From assembly GCA_963759895.1 (NCBI GenBank), contig CAVXBC010000001.1:23659-87658 (forward strand): a stretch of 64,000 bases of DNA. The letters run 5' to 3'. Made by a program: the position numbers and the translations under genes. How positions within the stretch are numbered: position 1 is the stretch's first letter; each line of letters opens with the position of its first letter. Shown piece by piece: positions 1 through 10,785 of the stretch. This DNA comes from an uncultured Alphaproteobacteria bacterium. Its GTDB lineage: Bacteria > Pseudomonadota > Alphaproteobacteria > Sphingomonadales > Sphingomonadaceae. The notes beneath the pieces were generated by a model. The model was not told where the DNA came from. It ran no database searches and saw only the letters and a list, made by a program, of their open reading frames with translations.

Positions 1-160
1 CCTTTTGCCGCCGCGCAAGGTCGAGCAGCAGATCGAGCGGGCCTTCCCACCCGTCGAGTTCGAGATAGAGCGAAGTGTCGTCGGTGGGTGCAGAGGCGGG
101 GCCGGACCAGTCGTCGGCGGGCGGATCGCCCAGATCGAGAACCAGTGCGTTGTCGCTCAC
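1..160 (-). CDS. scpA: Segregation and condensation protein A (ScpA), N-terminal fragment; the gene runs off the left edge
   Basis: Hand translation of the minus strand from GTG at 160 gives VSDNALVLDLGDPPADDWSGPASAPTDDTSLYLELDGWEGPLDLLLDLARRQK. The [FW]-EGPLDLLL-x-L-x-R motif is the ScpA N-terminal signature. GTGA start/stop overlap with nagZ. Too short for the ORF track. Confidence 0.6.
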   Translation of the reverse strand, partial: MSDNALVLDLGDPPADDWSGPASAPTDDTSLYLELDGWEGPLDLLLDLARRQK

Positions 161-1173
161 GCCGACGCCCCGGCGATCGCCAACAGCGTATCGCGCTGCG
201 CGAGCAATTCGGCCTTGTCGCCCTGCGGTTCCCCGCCAGTGCCCTCTAGCGCCCTGTCGAGCCGTGCGGCGGTCTGGGCCGACATGGACGGCAGGCGCCG
301 CACGATTTCGGACATGTCGTCCATCTTCGCCCAGCAATTGAGCGCCAGATCGCAGCCCGCTGCTATCGCCAGTTCGGCGCGTTCGGGGACCGTGCCAGAC
401 AACGCCTCCATGTCGAGATCGTCGGTCAACAGGAGACCGTCGAATCCGATCCGGCCACGGATCACCTCGCGGATCACGGTCGGGGACTGGGTCGCCGGGC
501 GATCCGCGTCCCATGCGGTAAACACCAGGTGGCCCGTCATGCCGATCAGCGCATCATTCAGAGCGCGAAACGGCGCGAGATCGACCTCGAGCGCTTCTAC
601 CCCTTCGGTGACGGTAGGGAGCTGCTTGTGTGTGTCGACCGAAGTGCGGCCGTGGCCGGGCATATGCTTGATGCAACCCGCGACCCCGGCAGCCGCGAGG
701 CCTTCGAGAATCGCGCGCCCCAACGCCGCCACCCGCAATGGCTCGAAGCCCAGGGCGCGATCACCGATCACATCGTGTGCGCCATGCTGGCGCACGTCGA
801 GCGAGGGATAGTAATCGACCGTGACGCCCGCTTCGGCCAGTTCGATCCCCATCGCGTGGGCGTTCATCCGCGCCGCCGCGATCGCCGATGACGGCGCAAT
901 CTCGTACAGCGCGTCGAACGCAGCACCGGCGGGGAAGGCGCTGAACTGTGGCGGACGCATGCGGGCTACGCGGCCGCCTTCCTGGTCGATCGACACCAGC
1001 AGCTTGTCGCGACCGTGGATGGATCGCAGATCATCGGTCAGCGCCCGCACCTGCGCGGGCGTATCGATGTTGCGGCCGAACAGGATGTATCCCGCAGGAT
1101 CGCATTCGCGAAAAAACGCGCGTTCGTCGTCGGTCAGTTCGAGGCCGGCAAGGCCGAAAATCGCGGGCGTCAT
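157..1173 (-). CDS. nagZ: Beta-N-acetylhexosaminidase NagZ (glycoside hydrolase family 3)
   Basis: ORF 157..1227(-). GH3/NagZ hallmarks: ILFGRNI, SIDQEGGRVARM, KHMPGHGRTSVDTH. Start moved to ATG 1173 (MTPAIFGLAGLELTDDE), which matches NagZ N-termini; 1227 is the longest alternative. Confidence 0.85.
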   Translation of the reverse strand: MTPAIFGLAGLELTDDERAFFRECDPAGYILFGRNIDTPAQVRALTDDLRSIHGRDKLLVSIDQEGGRVARMRPPQFSAFPAGAAFDALYEIAPSSAIAAARMNAHAMGIELAEAGVTVDYYPSLDVRQHGAHDVIGDRALGFEPLRVAALGRAILEGLAAAGVAGCIKHMPGHGRTSVDTHKQLPTVTEGVEALEVDLAPFRALNDALIGMTGHLVFTAWDADRPATQSPTVIREVIRGRIGFDGLLLTDDLDMEALSGTVPERAELAIAAGCDLALNCWAKMDDMSEIVRRLPSMSAQTAARLDRALEGTGGEPQGDKAELLAQRDTLLAIAGASA

Positions 1174-1251
1174 GGCCACGAGATTCGCACGGAACGCGCG
1201 CGCGCTGCAAGCGTCACGCCGGGGCAATCCCCTGCGGTCTGCCGTGTCAGG

Positions 1252-1950
1252 CTAGCGCTTGACCTGACAATCGACCCCGTCGCCCGCCAAGGCATGGCAG
1301 AGCGCGCTCGCCGCAGCGGCGTTGCCGGCCATGGCCTGGAGGCGATAGACGGTGCCCATGTCGGCCTGGCCTACGACCACGCGATGGCTGACGCCGGCGA
1401 GCTTGTCGGTCCGCGCGAGCAGCTTCTGCCACCCGGCCTCGGCGGTTTCCTTGCTGGTATAGGCGCCAACCTGGACCGCCACGCCGCCGGACGCCGCCGC
1501 AGGAGAGGGGGTCTCGCCAGGTTTGGGCGCGTCGACAGTGGGCTTCGGCATTTCGTCCGCGATGCGGCCCTCGGTCGTCTTGCCCTCGCCCACCGCGGGT
1601 GCGAGATTGCCTGTGCCTTCGAACGTCTTGCCGCCCGGGTCCGCCGGCTTTTCCTTGTACGGACCTACCGGCGCGGGGATCGTGCTGCCGTCGGCGACCA
1701 TCTCGGCATCGGGCGCGCGCTGGCCAAACCACCAGATGCCGCCCACCAGCGCGGCGAGCGCGAGCGCGGCGAACAAAGCGAAGCCGACGATGCGGCCGGT
1801 ATCGACCCCGCCGTCGTCGTCGTCATCCTCGTCACCCGATTCGAGCCACGGCAACCGCTCGTCATCGTCGGCCAGAGCAAGCTGCTCGTCGGCCACATAA
1901 TCGTCGTCGGGCATCCCGTCCCTGCTGTCCGCGCCGCCAATCATGGTCAC
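1252..1950 (-). CDS. SPOR domain-containing membrane protein
   Basis: ORF 1252..1950(-). Acidic N-terminus, one TM helix ([22 protein letters not shown]) and a C-terminal SPOR-type repeat ([21 protein letters not shown]...VYRLQA). GTG at 1950 overlaps the argS stop (GTGA); ATG at 1944 is an alternative start. Confidence 0.75.
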   Translation of the reverse strand: MTMIGGADSRDGMPDDDYVADEQLALADDDERLPWLESGDEDDDDDGGVDTGRIVGFALFAALALAALVGGIWWFGQRAPDAEMVADGSTIPAPVGPYKEKPADPGGKTFEGTGNLAPAVGEGKTTEGRIADEMPKPTVDAPKPGETPSPAAASGGVAVQVGAYTSKETAEAGWQKLLARTDKLAGVSHRVVVGQADMGTVYRLQAMAGNAAAASALCHALAGDGVDCQVKR

Positions 1951-3692
1951 ATCTCCTCGACCGCCTCGACCCCCAATAGTGCAAGACCGTTACGGATGAC
2001 TTGCCCGATCTGAGTCGCGAGGAAAAGTCTCGCCTGGGTCAAAGCCGGGTCGTGTGCCACGATGATGCGCTTGTCCGGCGCATCGTTGCCGGCATTCCAG
2101 AACGCATGGAACGCCCCAGCAAGATCATAGAGGAAGAAGGCCACCCGGTGCGGCTCGCGCGCCGATGCGGCCGCCTCTACCAGCCGTGGGAACTGCGCCG
2201 CCTGGCGAATCAGTGTGAATTCGTCCGTGCCCAGCCGGTCGAGCGCCGCGGGATCGGGCGCCAGCCCTTCCGCCGCCGCCTTGCGGAGCGTCGAATGGAT
2301 GCGCGCGCTGGCGTACTGAACGTAGAATACCGGGTTGTCTTTCGACGCCTCGACGACCTTGGCGAAGTCGAACTCCATCTGCGCTTCGGGCTTGCGGGTC
2401 AGCATGGTGAAGCGGACCACGTCCTTGCCCACCTCGTTGACCACTTCGGCAAGGGTCACGAACGTTCCTGAACGCTTCGACATCTTGACCGGTTCGCCGC
2501 CGCGCAAAAGCTGGACCATCTGCACCAGCTTGACGTCGAACGGAATCTCGCGCCCTTCACCCTGCGCGAGCGCGGCGACCGCGGCCTTGATCCGCTTGAC
2601 AGTACCCGAATGGTCGGCGCCCCAGATGTCGATCAGCTCGTCGGCGTGGGTGGCCTTCTGCATGTGGTACGCAAGGTCGGCGCCGAAGTAAGTCCAGTTG
2701 CCGTCGGACTTGCGGATCGGACGGTCCTGGTCGTCGCCAAATCTGGTGGAGCGGAACAGGGGCAGTTCCACCGGCTCCCAATCTTCAGGGGTCTTGCCCT
2801 TCGGGGCCTCGAGCACCCCGTCATAGACGAGGTCATGCGCGCGCATCCACGCTTCGGCCTCGGCCGGTTTGCCTTCGCTTTGCAGCACCGCCTCGGACGC
2901 GAATACGTCGTGCTCGATGCCGAGCAACGCGAGATCGGCGCGGATCATGTCCATCATCGCGTGGACGACGACAGGCTTGAAGGCGGGCAGCCAGTCGCGT
3001 TCCGGCGCATCGACGAAGCGATCGCCGAACTGGGCGGCGAGCACTTTGCCTACGGGGATCAGGTAATCGCCCGGATAGAGACCTTCGGGTATTTCGCCGA
3101 TCAACTCACCCAAGGCCTCGCGATACCGCAGGTGCGCCGAGCGAGCGAGCACGTCGACCTGCGCCCCGGCATCGTTGACGTAGTATTCGCGGGTAACCGG
3201 ATGACCGGTGTATTCGAGCAGGCTCGCAAGAGCATCGCCGACCACCGCACCGCGGCAATGGCCCATGTGCATCGGGCCGGTGGGATTGGCCGAGACGTAT
3301 TCGACGTTGACTCGCCGTCCGGCCCCGGCTGCCGAGCGGCCGTAATCGGGTCCCAGCGCGGCAATCACGCGCAATTCGTCCAGCCACACGTCGTCGGCCA
3401 GCCGCAGATTGATGAACCCCGGCCCGGCGATTTCGGCGGAGGCGACCGCGGGTTCACGCTGCAAATGCGCGACGATTTTCTCGGCCAGCGCCCGTGGGTT
3501 GGTCGCGGCGTGTTTGGCAAGCGCCATCGCGGCGTTGGTCGCCAGGTCGCCGTGCGACGGATCGCGCGGCGGCTCGACCGTAACAGCGGCTTCGGACGCG
3601 CCAGGCGGCAGCGCACCTTCCATCTCGAGCGCGCGCAAAACCGCGCCGATCCGTTCGGCAAACGCCGCGTGCAAGGTCTGGGTATCCGACAT
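1947..3692 (-). CDS. argS: Arginine--tRNA ligase
   Basis: ORF 1947..3728(-). Class I aaRS motifs: PTGPMHMGH (HIGH-type) and VKMSKRSG (KMSKS-type), with a typical ArgS anticodon-binding C-terminus ending in M. Start set to ATG 3692 ([11 protein letters not shown]). Confidence 0.92.
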   Translation of the reverse strand: MSDTQTLHAAFAERIGAVLRALEMEGALPPGASEAAVTVEPPRDPSHGDLATNAAMALAKHAATNPRALAEKIVAHLQREPAVASAEIAGPGFINLRLADDVWLDELRVIAALGPDYGRSAAGAGRRVNVEYVSANPTGPMHMGHCRGAVVGDALASLLEYTGHPVTREYYVNDAGAQVDVLARSAHLRYREALGELIGEIPEGLYPGDYLIPVGKVLAAQFGDRFVDAPERDWLPAFKPVVVHAMMDMIRADLALLGIEHDVFASEAVLQSEGKPAEAEAWMRAHDLVYDGVLEAPKGKTPEDWEPVELPLFRSTRFGDDQDRPIRKSDGNWTYFGADLAYHMQKATHADELIDIWGADHSGTVKRIKAAVAALAQGEGREIPFDVKLVQMVQLLRGGEPVKMSKRSGTFVTLAEVVNEVGKDVVRFTMLTRKPEAQMEFDFAKVVEASKDNPVFYVQYASARIHSTLRKAAAEGLAPDPAALDRLGTDEFTLIRQAAQFPRLVEAAASAREPHRVAFFLYDLAGAFHAFWNAGNDAPDKRIIVAHDPALTQARLFLATQIGQVIRNGLALLGVEAVEEM

Positions 3693-3755
3693 GGCCGCGC
3701 GGGTTACCGATTGTGCGCGAAAGCGCAAGCCGCGGACCGCTTGCGGAAGCGCCCC

Positions 3756-4406
3756 TTAGCGGGTCGCGTTGTACGCCAGCTGCTGCTCGGTCAGCTGAAA
3801 GCCGATCAGCAGTTCGAACGTTGCACGCGCCACAGCCGCCTTGACGGCGGGATCAGTCAGCGGATCGATCGCCGCGTCGTCCTCGCCCGCCTTGCGCTTG
3901 CGGGTGATCTGGCTGCGGACGTCGGCCGGCAGGGTCGCCTCGGCCCGATCGACATAGGCACCGGCCTGGGCGCGGGCCTGGGCGCGTTCCTGGCCGTCGG
4001 CAAAGTTCACCGTCACCTGCCCGACACGCTTGGTCACCACCGATGTACCGGCGCGCAGGACCACCGAGTAATAGGGCAGTGTCACCTGACGCGCGCCGCG
4101 CGTATCGGTGCGCCGCGCAAGCACATCGAAGGTGGCGTTGGTATAGACCCGCTCGCTGGTGTCATCGCAGGTCGACCGAAGATTGGTGATCGACGCGGTC
4201 ACGTCGAGATTGGCCGCAGACGTATCGCCCGGGACACGGAAGGTGGTGATGTCACCAGTGTAGTCGGGCACCCCGACCGCAGGGCAGACCGTGCGAACAG
4301 CCGAAATGCCGACACCTTCCTGGATTACCAGTTCGCCGCTACGCTTGCAGCCGGCGAGAGCGGCCCCCATCATCAAGAGAACGGTGAGGCGCACAGGCAT
4401 TGTCAT
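3756..4406 (-). CDS. Hypothetical lipoprotein
   Basis: ORF 3756..4499(-). Internal ATG at 4406 gives MTMPVRLTVLLMMGAALAGCKRSG, a signal peptide with an LAGC lipobox. No recognisable family. Confidence 0.6.
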   Translation of the reverse strand: MTMPVRLTVLLMMGAALAGCKRSGELVIQEGVGISAVRTVCPAVGVPDYTGDITTFRVPGDTSAANLDVTASITNLRSTCDDTSERVYTNATFDVLARRTDTRGARQVTLPYYSVVLRAGTSVVTKRVGQVTVNFADGQERAQARAQAGAYVDRAEATLPADVRSQITRKRKAGEDDAAIDPLTDPAVKAAVARATFELLIGFQLTEQQLAYNATR

Positions 4407-4481
4407 GGCAGGGTTGGTCCCGATAGTCGAAGTCAGCGGCCGCCCTAGCGGCGCGCGCGGGGAAGCGCTAGAGGCGCGCGC

Positions 4482-5456
4482 ATGAACGCCCCCTTGCAAC
4501 CGCTGCGCCCCGCCAGCGAGCGCCTGCCGCTGACACTGCTAATCGCCGCGCCGCGCGGTTTCTGCGCTGGGGTCGACCGCGCGATCGAGATCGTCGAGCG
4601 TGCAATCGAACGCTACGGCGCGCCCGTGTACGTGCGCCACGAAATCGTCCACAACCGCTTCGTAGTCGACGCATTGAAGGCGCAAGGGGCAATCTTCGTC
4701 GAGGAGCTTGACGAAGTGCCGCACGGCGCCCCGGTCGTTTTCAGCGCCCACGGGGTGCCCAAGTCGGTCCCCGCCGAAGCCGAGCGGCGCGAAATGATCT
4801 GGGTGGACGCGACCTGCCCTCTGGTCAGCAAGGTCCACCGCCAGGCCGAACGGCAGATCGAGGCCGGTCGGCACATCGTTTTTATCGGCCATCGCGGCCA
4901 CCCCGAAGTGATTGGTACCATGGGGCAGGTCCCCGCTGGATCGATTACGCTGGTCGAGACCGTTGCCGACATCGACCTGCTCGATTTTGCCGTCGACGAG
5001 CCGCTGGCGTTCCTGACCCAGACCACTCTGTCGGTCGACGATACCCGCGCAATCGTAGCCGCGCTGCAGGCCAGGTATCCGCACGTGGTTGGGCCCAAGG
5101 CGGAAGATATCTGCTACGCCACCTCGAACCGGCAGGCCGCGGTCAAGGTGATCGCGCCGGGCAGCGATCTGGTGCTGGTGATCGGCTCGCCGGCCTCGTC
5201 CAACTCGCTGCGGCTGGTCGAAGTGGCCGAGCGGATGGGCACCGACGCAAAGCTGATCGAGCGCGCAAGCGACATCGACCCGGCGTGGCTCGACGGTGTC
5301 GGCACGATCGGACTTACCGCAGGCGCATCGGCACCCGAGAAGCTTGTACGCGAGGTGGTCGACCGCTTGGCGGAGTGGCGCGAGGTCGAGGAGCATACGT
5401 TGGTCAGCGCCGAGGAGAAGATGATCTTCAAGCTGCCCCGCCAACTGATCGATTGA
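4482..5456 (+). CDS. ispH: 4-hydroxy-3-methylbut-2-enyl diphosphate reductase (IspH/LytB)
   Basis: ORF 4482..5456(+). IspH pattern: [41 protein letters not shown] (the three Fe-S Cys contexts). Confidence 0.92.
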   Translation: MNAPLQPLRPASERLPLTLLIAAPRGFCAGVDRAIEIVERAIERYGAPVYVRHEIVHNRFVVDALKAQGAIFVEELDEVPHGAPVVFSAHGVPKSVPAEAERREMIWVDATCPLVSKVHRQAERQIEAGRHIVFIGHRGHPEVIGTMGQVPAGSITLVETVADIDLLDFAVDEPLAFLTQTTLSVDDTRAIVAALQARYPHVVGPKAEDICYATSNRQAAVKVIAPGSDLVLVIGSPASSNSLRLVEVAERMGTDAKLIERASDIDPAWLDGVGTIGLTAGASAPEKLVREVVDRLAEWREVEEHTLVSAEEKMIFKLPRQLID

Positions 5457-6430
5457 TGGCGGTCTATACTCACCTCGGCGCCGAGGATCTTTCGGCGCTG
5501 ATCGACGAGTACGACGTCGGATCGCTGATTTCTGCCAAGGGGATCGCCGAAGGGATCTCGAATTCGAACTGGCTGATCGAGACCACCGGCACCGGCGGAG
5601 CGGGGAGTCGCTTCATCCTGACGATGTACGAGCGGCGGATCGAGAAACGCGATCTCCCGTTCTTCCTCGGCCTGCTCGACCACCTTTCGGCCAAGGGATG
5701 CGCCGTTCCACGCACGATTCATGACCGGACCGGGGCGGGATGGCGCGAGATAGAGGGTAAGGCGGTTGCCTTGATCGAGTACCTCCCAGGTGTTTCGCTC
5801 GATCGGCCGACCCCCGCCCAGGCGCGCGCGGTCGGTGCTGCGCTCGCCCGCGCGCATCTGGCTGCACAGGATTTCGGCCTTCACCGCGCCAACGCTCTGG
5901 GCGTTGGTGCAAACGCACAAACTCTCGGCCAGTGCGGCGCATCCGCGCTGGCGACGATCGACCCGGCGCTGCCCGACGCTATCGACCGCGCCTGCCACCT
6001 GCTCGACCGCTGGCCGGAGGGTCTGCCGCGATCCATCTGTCACACTGACCTGTTCCCCGACAACGTGCTGATGCTGGGCGAGCGGGTCGGTGCGATGATC
6101 GACTTCTATTTCGCCTGCGACGAGGCGATGGCCTATGACCTGGCAGTCACGCACGCCGCGTGGAGCTTCACGCTTGAAGGGCGCCGGTTCGCGCCAGCGG
6201 TCGGCGCGGCGATGGTCGCGGGATACGAATCGATCCGCCCGCTCGGAGCGGACGAACGCGCGGCGTTGCCGCTGCTGGCACAGGGAGCATGCATGCGCTT
6301 CGTCGCCAGCCGGGCGGAGGACTGGCTCGATACTCCGTCCGACGCACTGGTGACCCGCAAGGACCCGATGGACTTCATGCGGCGCTTGCATTTCTATGCC
6401 GAGGCTGGCGAAAGCGCTTTTGAATCATGA
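5456..6430 (+). CDS. thrB: Homoserine kinase, ThrB type II (aminoglycoside-phosphotransferase fold)
   Basis: In-frame ATG at 5456 within ORF 5285..6430. [43 protein letters not shown] is the typical non-GHMP ThrB N-terminus; [10 protein letters not shown] is the APH catalytic loop. 1-nt overlap with the ispH stop (TGATG). Confidence 0.85.
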   Translation: MAVYTHLGAEDLSALIDEYDVGSLISAKGIAEGISNSNWLIETTGTGGAGSRFILTMYERRIEKRDLPFFLGLLDHLSAKGCAVPRTIHDRTGAGWREIEGKAVALIEYLPGVSLDRPTPAQARAVGAALARAHLAAQDFGLHRANALGVGANAQTLGQCGASALATIDPALPDAIDRACHLLDRWPEGLPRSICHTDLFPDNVLMLGERVGAMIDFYFACDEAMAYDLAVTHAAWSFTLEGRRFAPAVGAAMVAGYESIRPLGADERAALPLLAQGACMRFVASRAEDWLDTPSDALVTRKDPMDFMRRLHFYAEAGESAFES

Positions 6431-6870
6431 AGACAGTCCAGATTTTCACCGACGGGGCGTGCAAGGGCAATCCCGGCCCCGGAGGCTGGGGTGCGTTGCT
6501 GCGCGTCGGCCGGCACGAAAAAGAGCTGTCGGGCGGCGATCCGGCGACTACCAACAACCGGATGGAACTGACCGCTGCGATCAAGGCGCTCGAGGCGCTG
6601 ATCGAGCCGTGCACGGTGGCGCTGCATTCGGACAGCAAGTACGTGCTCGACGGGATCACCAAGTGGGTCCACGGCTGGCAGAAGAACGGTTGGAAGAACG
6701 CCAGCAAGCAACCGGTCCGTAACGCCGACTTGTGGCACGAACTGATCGCGGCGGCCAAGCCGCACAAGGTCGAATGGGTGTGGGTCAAGGGCCATTCCGG
6801 CCACGCAGAGAATGATCGGGTCGATGCGCTTGCCTGCGCCGCTGCCGAATCAGTGGCAGCCGCGCGTTAG
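6427..6870 (+). CDS. rnhA: Ribonuclease HI
   Basis: ORF 6427..6870(+). [54 protein letters not shown] overlap with thrB. Confidence 0.93.
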   Translation: MKTVQIFTDGACKGNPGPGGWGALLRVGRHEKELSGGDPATTNNRMELTAAIKALEALIEPCTVALHSDSKYVLDGITKWVHGWQKNGWKNASKQPVRNADLWHELIAAAKPHKVEWVWVKGHSGHAENDRVDALACAAAESVAAAR

Positions 6871-7967
6871 AAGCGGTCCGGTGAGTACAGCGCGGCGTCG
6901 AGCGGCTCGGTCATGGCGTCGCGCGGGGCATCTAGTACCAGTTGCGCCGCCAATCGCGCCGCAGCGGGCGCGGTCTGGATGCCGAACCCGCCCTGGCCTG
7001 CGAACCAGAACAACCCCTCGACCGCTGGATCGTAGCCATAGACCGGGAGCCGGTCGGGTGCGAACGAGCGCAATCCGGCCCATTTGCGTTCGACCGCGGC
7101 GACCCGCCAATCGACAACCTTTTCGAAGCGGTCGATCGCTTCGGCCACTGCCAGTTCCTCCGGAGCAGCATCGCACGGCGGGCTCGGCTCCTCATCGTGC
7201 GGACTGAGCCACAGGCGGCCGCTCTCGGGCTTGAAATAGAAACGCCCGGCGATGTCGAGCACCAGTGGGAGATCGGCAGGAGGCGGCGGGTCGGTGCGCA
7301 CTTGCGCCACCGTGCGTCGAAGCGGCTGGATGCCCAGCGCGCGGGCGCCCGCCAGCTCCGCGAAGCTATCGGCCCATGCACCGGCTGCGTTGACGAGTAC
7401 GCGCGCCTCGAACTGCTCCCCTCTTTCGCTCGTCAGCCGCCAACCGTTCGCGCCCCGGTCGGCGGAAACAATCCGCGCCCGCGTCACCAGGGTGACCGCG
7501 CCGCGGCTGGCTGAGACGAGATAGTGCTGGTGCAGCGCGGCGACATCGATATCGGCGCACGCGGGTTCCCACACAGCCCCGGTCCACTCCGGGCGCAGGC
7601 CCGGCAAGTGCTGCTCGACTTGGGCGCGATCGAGCCGCTCGATATGCGCGCCGCTGCCAGCGAACCGGTCCATGAAGGCATCAAGCGCCGGTTCGTCGGA
7701 CGTGCGGCCGACATAGAGCGCGCCGCGCGGACTGAGAAAGCCGTTCTCGCGCAGCCACGGTCCCGATGCGAGCGTCAGCGGAACCACGTCCGGCCCGCCA
7801 TAGCATTCTTCCCAGAACGCCGCCGACCGGCCGGTTGTGTGGTAGCCCGGCCGGTCCTCACCCTCGACCAACAGCACGCGCGCGGCGCCCAGCGCAGCGA
7901 GTTCGGCCGCAAGGCTTGCGCCGGCGATTCCTGCGCCGACGATCGCGATATCCCACGGCTCGCTCAT
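6867..7967 (-). CDS. FAD-dependent oxidoreductase (DAO family)
   Basis: ORF 6867..7967(-). N-terminal dinucleotide fold [19 protein letters not shown]; length and C-terminal [12 protein letters not shown] are typical of the D-amino-acid-oxidase-like family. Substrate unknown. Confidence 0.8.
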   Translation of the reverse strand: MSEPWDIAIVGAGIAGASLAAELAALGAARVLLVEGEDRPGYHTTGRSAAFWEECYGGPDVVPLTLASGPWLRENGFLSPRGALYVGRTSDEPALDAFMDRFAGSGAHIERLDRAQVEQHLPGLRPEWTGAVWEPACADIDVAALHQHYLVSASRGAVTLVTRARIVSADRGANGWRLTSERGEQFEARVLVNAAGAWADSFAELAGARALGIQPLRRTVAQVRTDPPPPADLPLVLDIAGRFYFKPESGRLWLSPHDEEPSPPCDAAPEELAVAEAIDRFEKVVDWRVAAVERKWAGLRSFAPDRLPVYGYDPAVEGLFWFAGQGGFGIQTAPAAARLAAQLVLDAPRDAMTEPLDAALYSPDRF

Positions 7968-8989
7968 CGACCCGAAGCGATCCTGTCAAGGAACGCGTCG
8001 ATCGCACCGAGCGCCTTCAACCGGGCCGGATCGGCTTCTCGCAGGATTTCATGGCGCGCCTCGCTGCCGAACGTCACCAGTTCCGCGTGCGGCAGACGGG
8101 CGGCCGCCTCGGCGATGGCGCGATATGACACCAGCTTGTCTGCCGTCGTCGCGAGGATCAACGTCGGCGCTTTCACGGATTCCAGCACCCCCGACGCGGC
8201 CAATCCGCGCATCGAGGCATAGCCGCGCTCGACCCAGCCCCAGCTGCCGGGTCCCATGACCAGCTCCGGGCGGGTTCGACGCCACCACAATTCGTCTTCG
8301 TAACGCTCCCCGTCGTACGTGAGAAGATGGGCCCGAGATGCCGGTGGCTCGCCCGGCTTTTCGCTCCATTTCCAGGCCGGTCGACGTGGATCGCCCAGAG
8401 CCTTCATCACGCGCGCAGCACCGTGCATCAGGGCAGGCGGCAGGATGCTGTCAAATCCGAGCATCGGCGCCGACAACACCAGTCCGTCGGGTAGCACCCT
8501 ACCCTCGGCCACGGCGCGCAGGATCAGGTGCCCGCCCATCGAGTGACCCACCAGGACGTGCGGCGCGGGAGTTTCGGCGGTCCATGTCGCCCACAATGCG
8601 GAAAGATCGTCGACCCACTGCGCATAGTCGGCGATGTGACCCGTCACTGGATCTGATCCAAGACGCCCCGATCCGGCCTGCCCGCGCCAGTCCGCCGCTG
8701 TCACCCGCCAACCGGCACTGTGCCAATGATCGAACGTCTCGAGATACTTCTCGTAGAAGTCGCCCCGCCCGCCAAGGAACAGGATCGACCCACGCGGTGT
8801 GCCAGGCACCTTCCAATCGAACCGCCGGACGGCGTGACCGTCGTGTGCCGACCAGTGGCTTTCGACGGCCCCGACCGGGATCGCGCGGCGAGAAACAAGG
8901 TTTCCGCCGGTCGCTTCAGCTTGGCTAATGGCGCGCCTCCGGTCTTGGTTACTATTTGGTAAGCACTGCACGTTAGCACCCTGATCCAA
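7964..8989 (-). CDS. Alpha/beta hydrolase (lysophospholipase-like)
   Basis: ORF 7964..8989(-). Nucleophile elbow VGHSMGGH; FLGGRGDFYEKY resembles the lysophospholipase/monoglyceride-lipase family. Start uncertain (no internal ATG near the N-terminus). 4-nt overlap with the downstream FAD oxidoreductase gene. Confidence 0.7.
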   Translation of the reverse strand: MDQGANVQCLPNSNQDRRRAISQAEATGGNLVSRRAIPVGAVESHWSAHDGHAVRRFDWKVPGTPRGSILFLGGRGDFYEKYLETFDHWHSAGWRVTAADWRGQAGSGRLGSDPVTGHIADYAQWVDDLSALWATWTAETPAPHVLVGHSMGGHLILRAVAEGRVLPDGLVLSAPMLGFDSILPPALMHGAARVMKALGDPRRPAWKWSEKPGEPPASRAHLLTYDGERYEDELWWRRTRPELVMGPGSWGWVERGYASMRGLAASGVLESVKAPTLILATTADKLVSYRAIAEAAARLPHAELVTFGSEARHEILREADPARLKALGAIDAFLDRIASGR

Positions 8990-9028
8990 GGGGACCTTGT
9001 TCCAAAGGGACCGTGGGGGCTGTTACCA

Positions 9029-9532
9029 ATGCTGGGCGGATATTTGCACTACGGGCTGGTTGTGGCCTTGGCAATTGCGCTGCTGGTCGCCGCGGCGACT
9101 GACTGGCGCCGCCGCCAGATCGATAACTGGCTCAACGCCGGAATCGCCCTTGCCGCTCCGCTTTACTGGCTGGCCAAGGGCCTGCCCTTGTGGGCCGCCC
9201 CGTGGGCTCCCAGCATCGTCCTGCAAGTCGGCGTGGGCATCGCCGCATTCGCACTGTTTGCAGCTCTTTTCGCGCTCAAGTGGATGGGCGGCGGCGACGT
9301 CAAGCTGCTGACCGCCCTGGCGCTGTGGATCGAACCCGAGTGGTTCCTGCGGCTCTTGATGATGATGGCGCTGGTCGGTGGACTGCTGACCCTCGTCCTG
9401 GGCGCCTGGCACATCGCCCGTCGCCAGAAGGATCGCCTGACCATCCCATACGGCGTCGCCATCGCGATCGCCGGACTGTGGGTGCTGGGCACACATTCTC
9501 TGCCGATCGCACAGCACATGCTGGTGGGGTGA
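9029..9532 (+). CDS. cpaA: Prepilin peptidase CpaA (A24 family, Tad/Flp system)
   Basis: ORF 9029..9532(+). Polytopic membrane protein with the two aspartate contexts of A24 peptidases (ATDWRRRQIDNWL and GGGDVKLL). First gene of the cpa cluster. Confidence 0.8.
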   Translation: MLGGYLHYGLVVALAIALLVAAATDWRRRQIDNWLNAGIALAAPLYWLAKGLPLWAAPWAPSIVLQVGVGIAAFALFAALFALKWMGGGDVKLLTALALWIEPEWFLRLLMMMALVGGLLTLVLGAWHIARRQKDRLTIPYGVAIAIAGLWVLGTHSLPIAQHMLVG

Positions 9533-9619
9533 ACCTGATTTTAACCGTTCGCCGCTTAACCACGGCAACCATTCCCGCCCGTGGGATCGATCGGGCAGTT
9601 TAAGGGGGCTTTGACAGCC

Positions 9620-10708
9620 ATGGACAGGAAGAAGCTGCTGCTGCTGGTGGGTGCGTTGGCGATTGCGATCGTCACCGCCATGATGGCCCGGAGCATGTTC
9701 GCCGGAGCATCGGCTCCCAAGGCCGAGGCCGCGCCGGTGGTGCCGCAAGGCCCCAAGGTGCTGGTCGCTCAGCGCGTGTTGCCGACCGGCACGATCATTA
9801 CCGCCGACGCGATCGGCTTCCAGCCATGGCCCAAGGAACTCGTCAAGGACGCCTACTACATCGACGGCGAATCCGATGTCTCCAAGTTGCTCGGCACCGT
9901 GGTGCGCTTCCCGATCACGGCGGGCGAACCGGTGACCCAGGGGTCGCTGGTCAAGCCAGGCGATCGCGGATTCCTCGCCGCGGCTCTCGGGCCCGGCATG
10001 CGCGCCATCACCGTTCCCGTTTCGGCCAAGACCGGCGTCGGTGGCTTCATTTTCCCGGGTGACCGGGTCGATTTGATGCTGACCCAGACCGTCAAGGGCG
10101 GCGACAACAGCGGGGGCGACCTTAAGGCATCGGAAACGATCCTGCGGAACATCCGCGTTCTCGCGACCGACCAGTCGACCACTCAGTCAAAGGGTGAAAA
10201 CGGCGAAACGATCGTCCGCCAGTTCACCACCGTCACGCTCGAAGTCACGCCCAAGATCGCCGAGAAGGTATCGGTGGCGCAGACGATCGGCACGCTCAGC
10301 CTGTCGCTGCGCTCGATCGCCGACAGCCAGTCCGAGCTCGAGCGCGCGATTGCCCAGGGTGACGTGAAGATCCCTGACGGCGCCACTCCTCAGCAGGAGG
10401 AAAAGATCCTGCACGAGGCGATGAACCGCCCGAATGACGGCGCGACCAGCTACCAGACCGGCGGCGACGTGTCGCGCTTCCAGCGCCGCACCATCCCCGT
10501 TGCCACGGTGGCGGCGGCCCCCGGCGCGCCTGGCGCGCCGCCACAGGGCTCCGTTGCGCAGCCGCCGCGTTCCACGGTCACAGTGACCCGCGGCAAAGCG
10601 TCGACCGTCGTTTCGATCTCGCGCGGGGGCCAGGTTGTCGAGACCCAGGCCGGCGCGATCCAGAACGGCGGCCAGGTAGTTTCCAGCACGCTCGGCGCCT
10701 TCCCATGA
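9620..10708 (+). CDS. cpaB: Flp pilus assembly protein CpaB
   Basis: ORF 9581..10708(+). Start set to ATG 9620 (MDRKKLLLLVGALAIAIVTAMMA, an N-terminal TM anchor). SAF-like segment VLVAQRVLPTGTIITADAI followed by the CpaB/RcpC-type domain. Confidence 0.85.
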   Translation: MDRKKLLLLVGALAIAIVTAMMARSMFAGASAPKAEAAPVVPQGPKVLVAQRVLPTGTIITADAIGFQPWPKELVKDAYYIDGESDVSKLLGTVVRFPITAGEPVTQGSLVKPGDRGFLAAALGPGMRAITVPVSAKTGVGGFIFPGDRVDLMLTQTVKGGDNSGGDLKASETILRNIRVLATDQSTTQSKGENGETIVRQFTTVTLEVTPKIAEKVSVAQTIGTLSLSLRSIADSQSELERAIAQGDVKIPDGATPQQEEKILHEAMNRPNDGATSYQTGGDVSRFQRRTIPVATVAAAPGAPGAPPQGSVAQPPRSTVTVTRGKASTVVSISRGGQVVETQAGAIQNGGQVVSSTLGAFP

Positions 10709-10785
10709 GCGGGATCGCCAACAACGCGCCTCACGCCGCGCATCGCCTTTTCCGCAATCGACCGATCCATTCGAGGGGTCATCGC

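Noticed and set aside
5-811. 268-aa plus-strand ORF at the left edge
   Set aside because: It is antisense to nagZ and scpA. The translation is Ser/Arg/Ala/Pro-rich with no motif.
2610-4448. 612-aa plus-strand ORF overlapping argS and the lipoprotein gene
   Set aside because: It is antisense to two well-supported genes. Its composition is Arg/Gly/Ala/Val-rich with no recognisable motif. Long stop-free antisense frames are expected in high-GC DNA.
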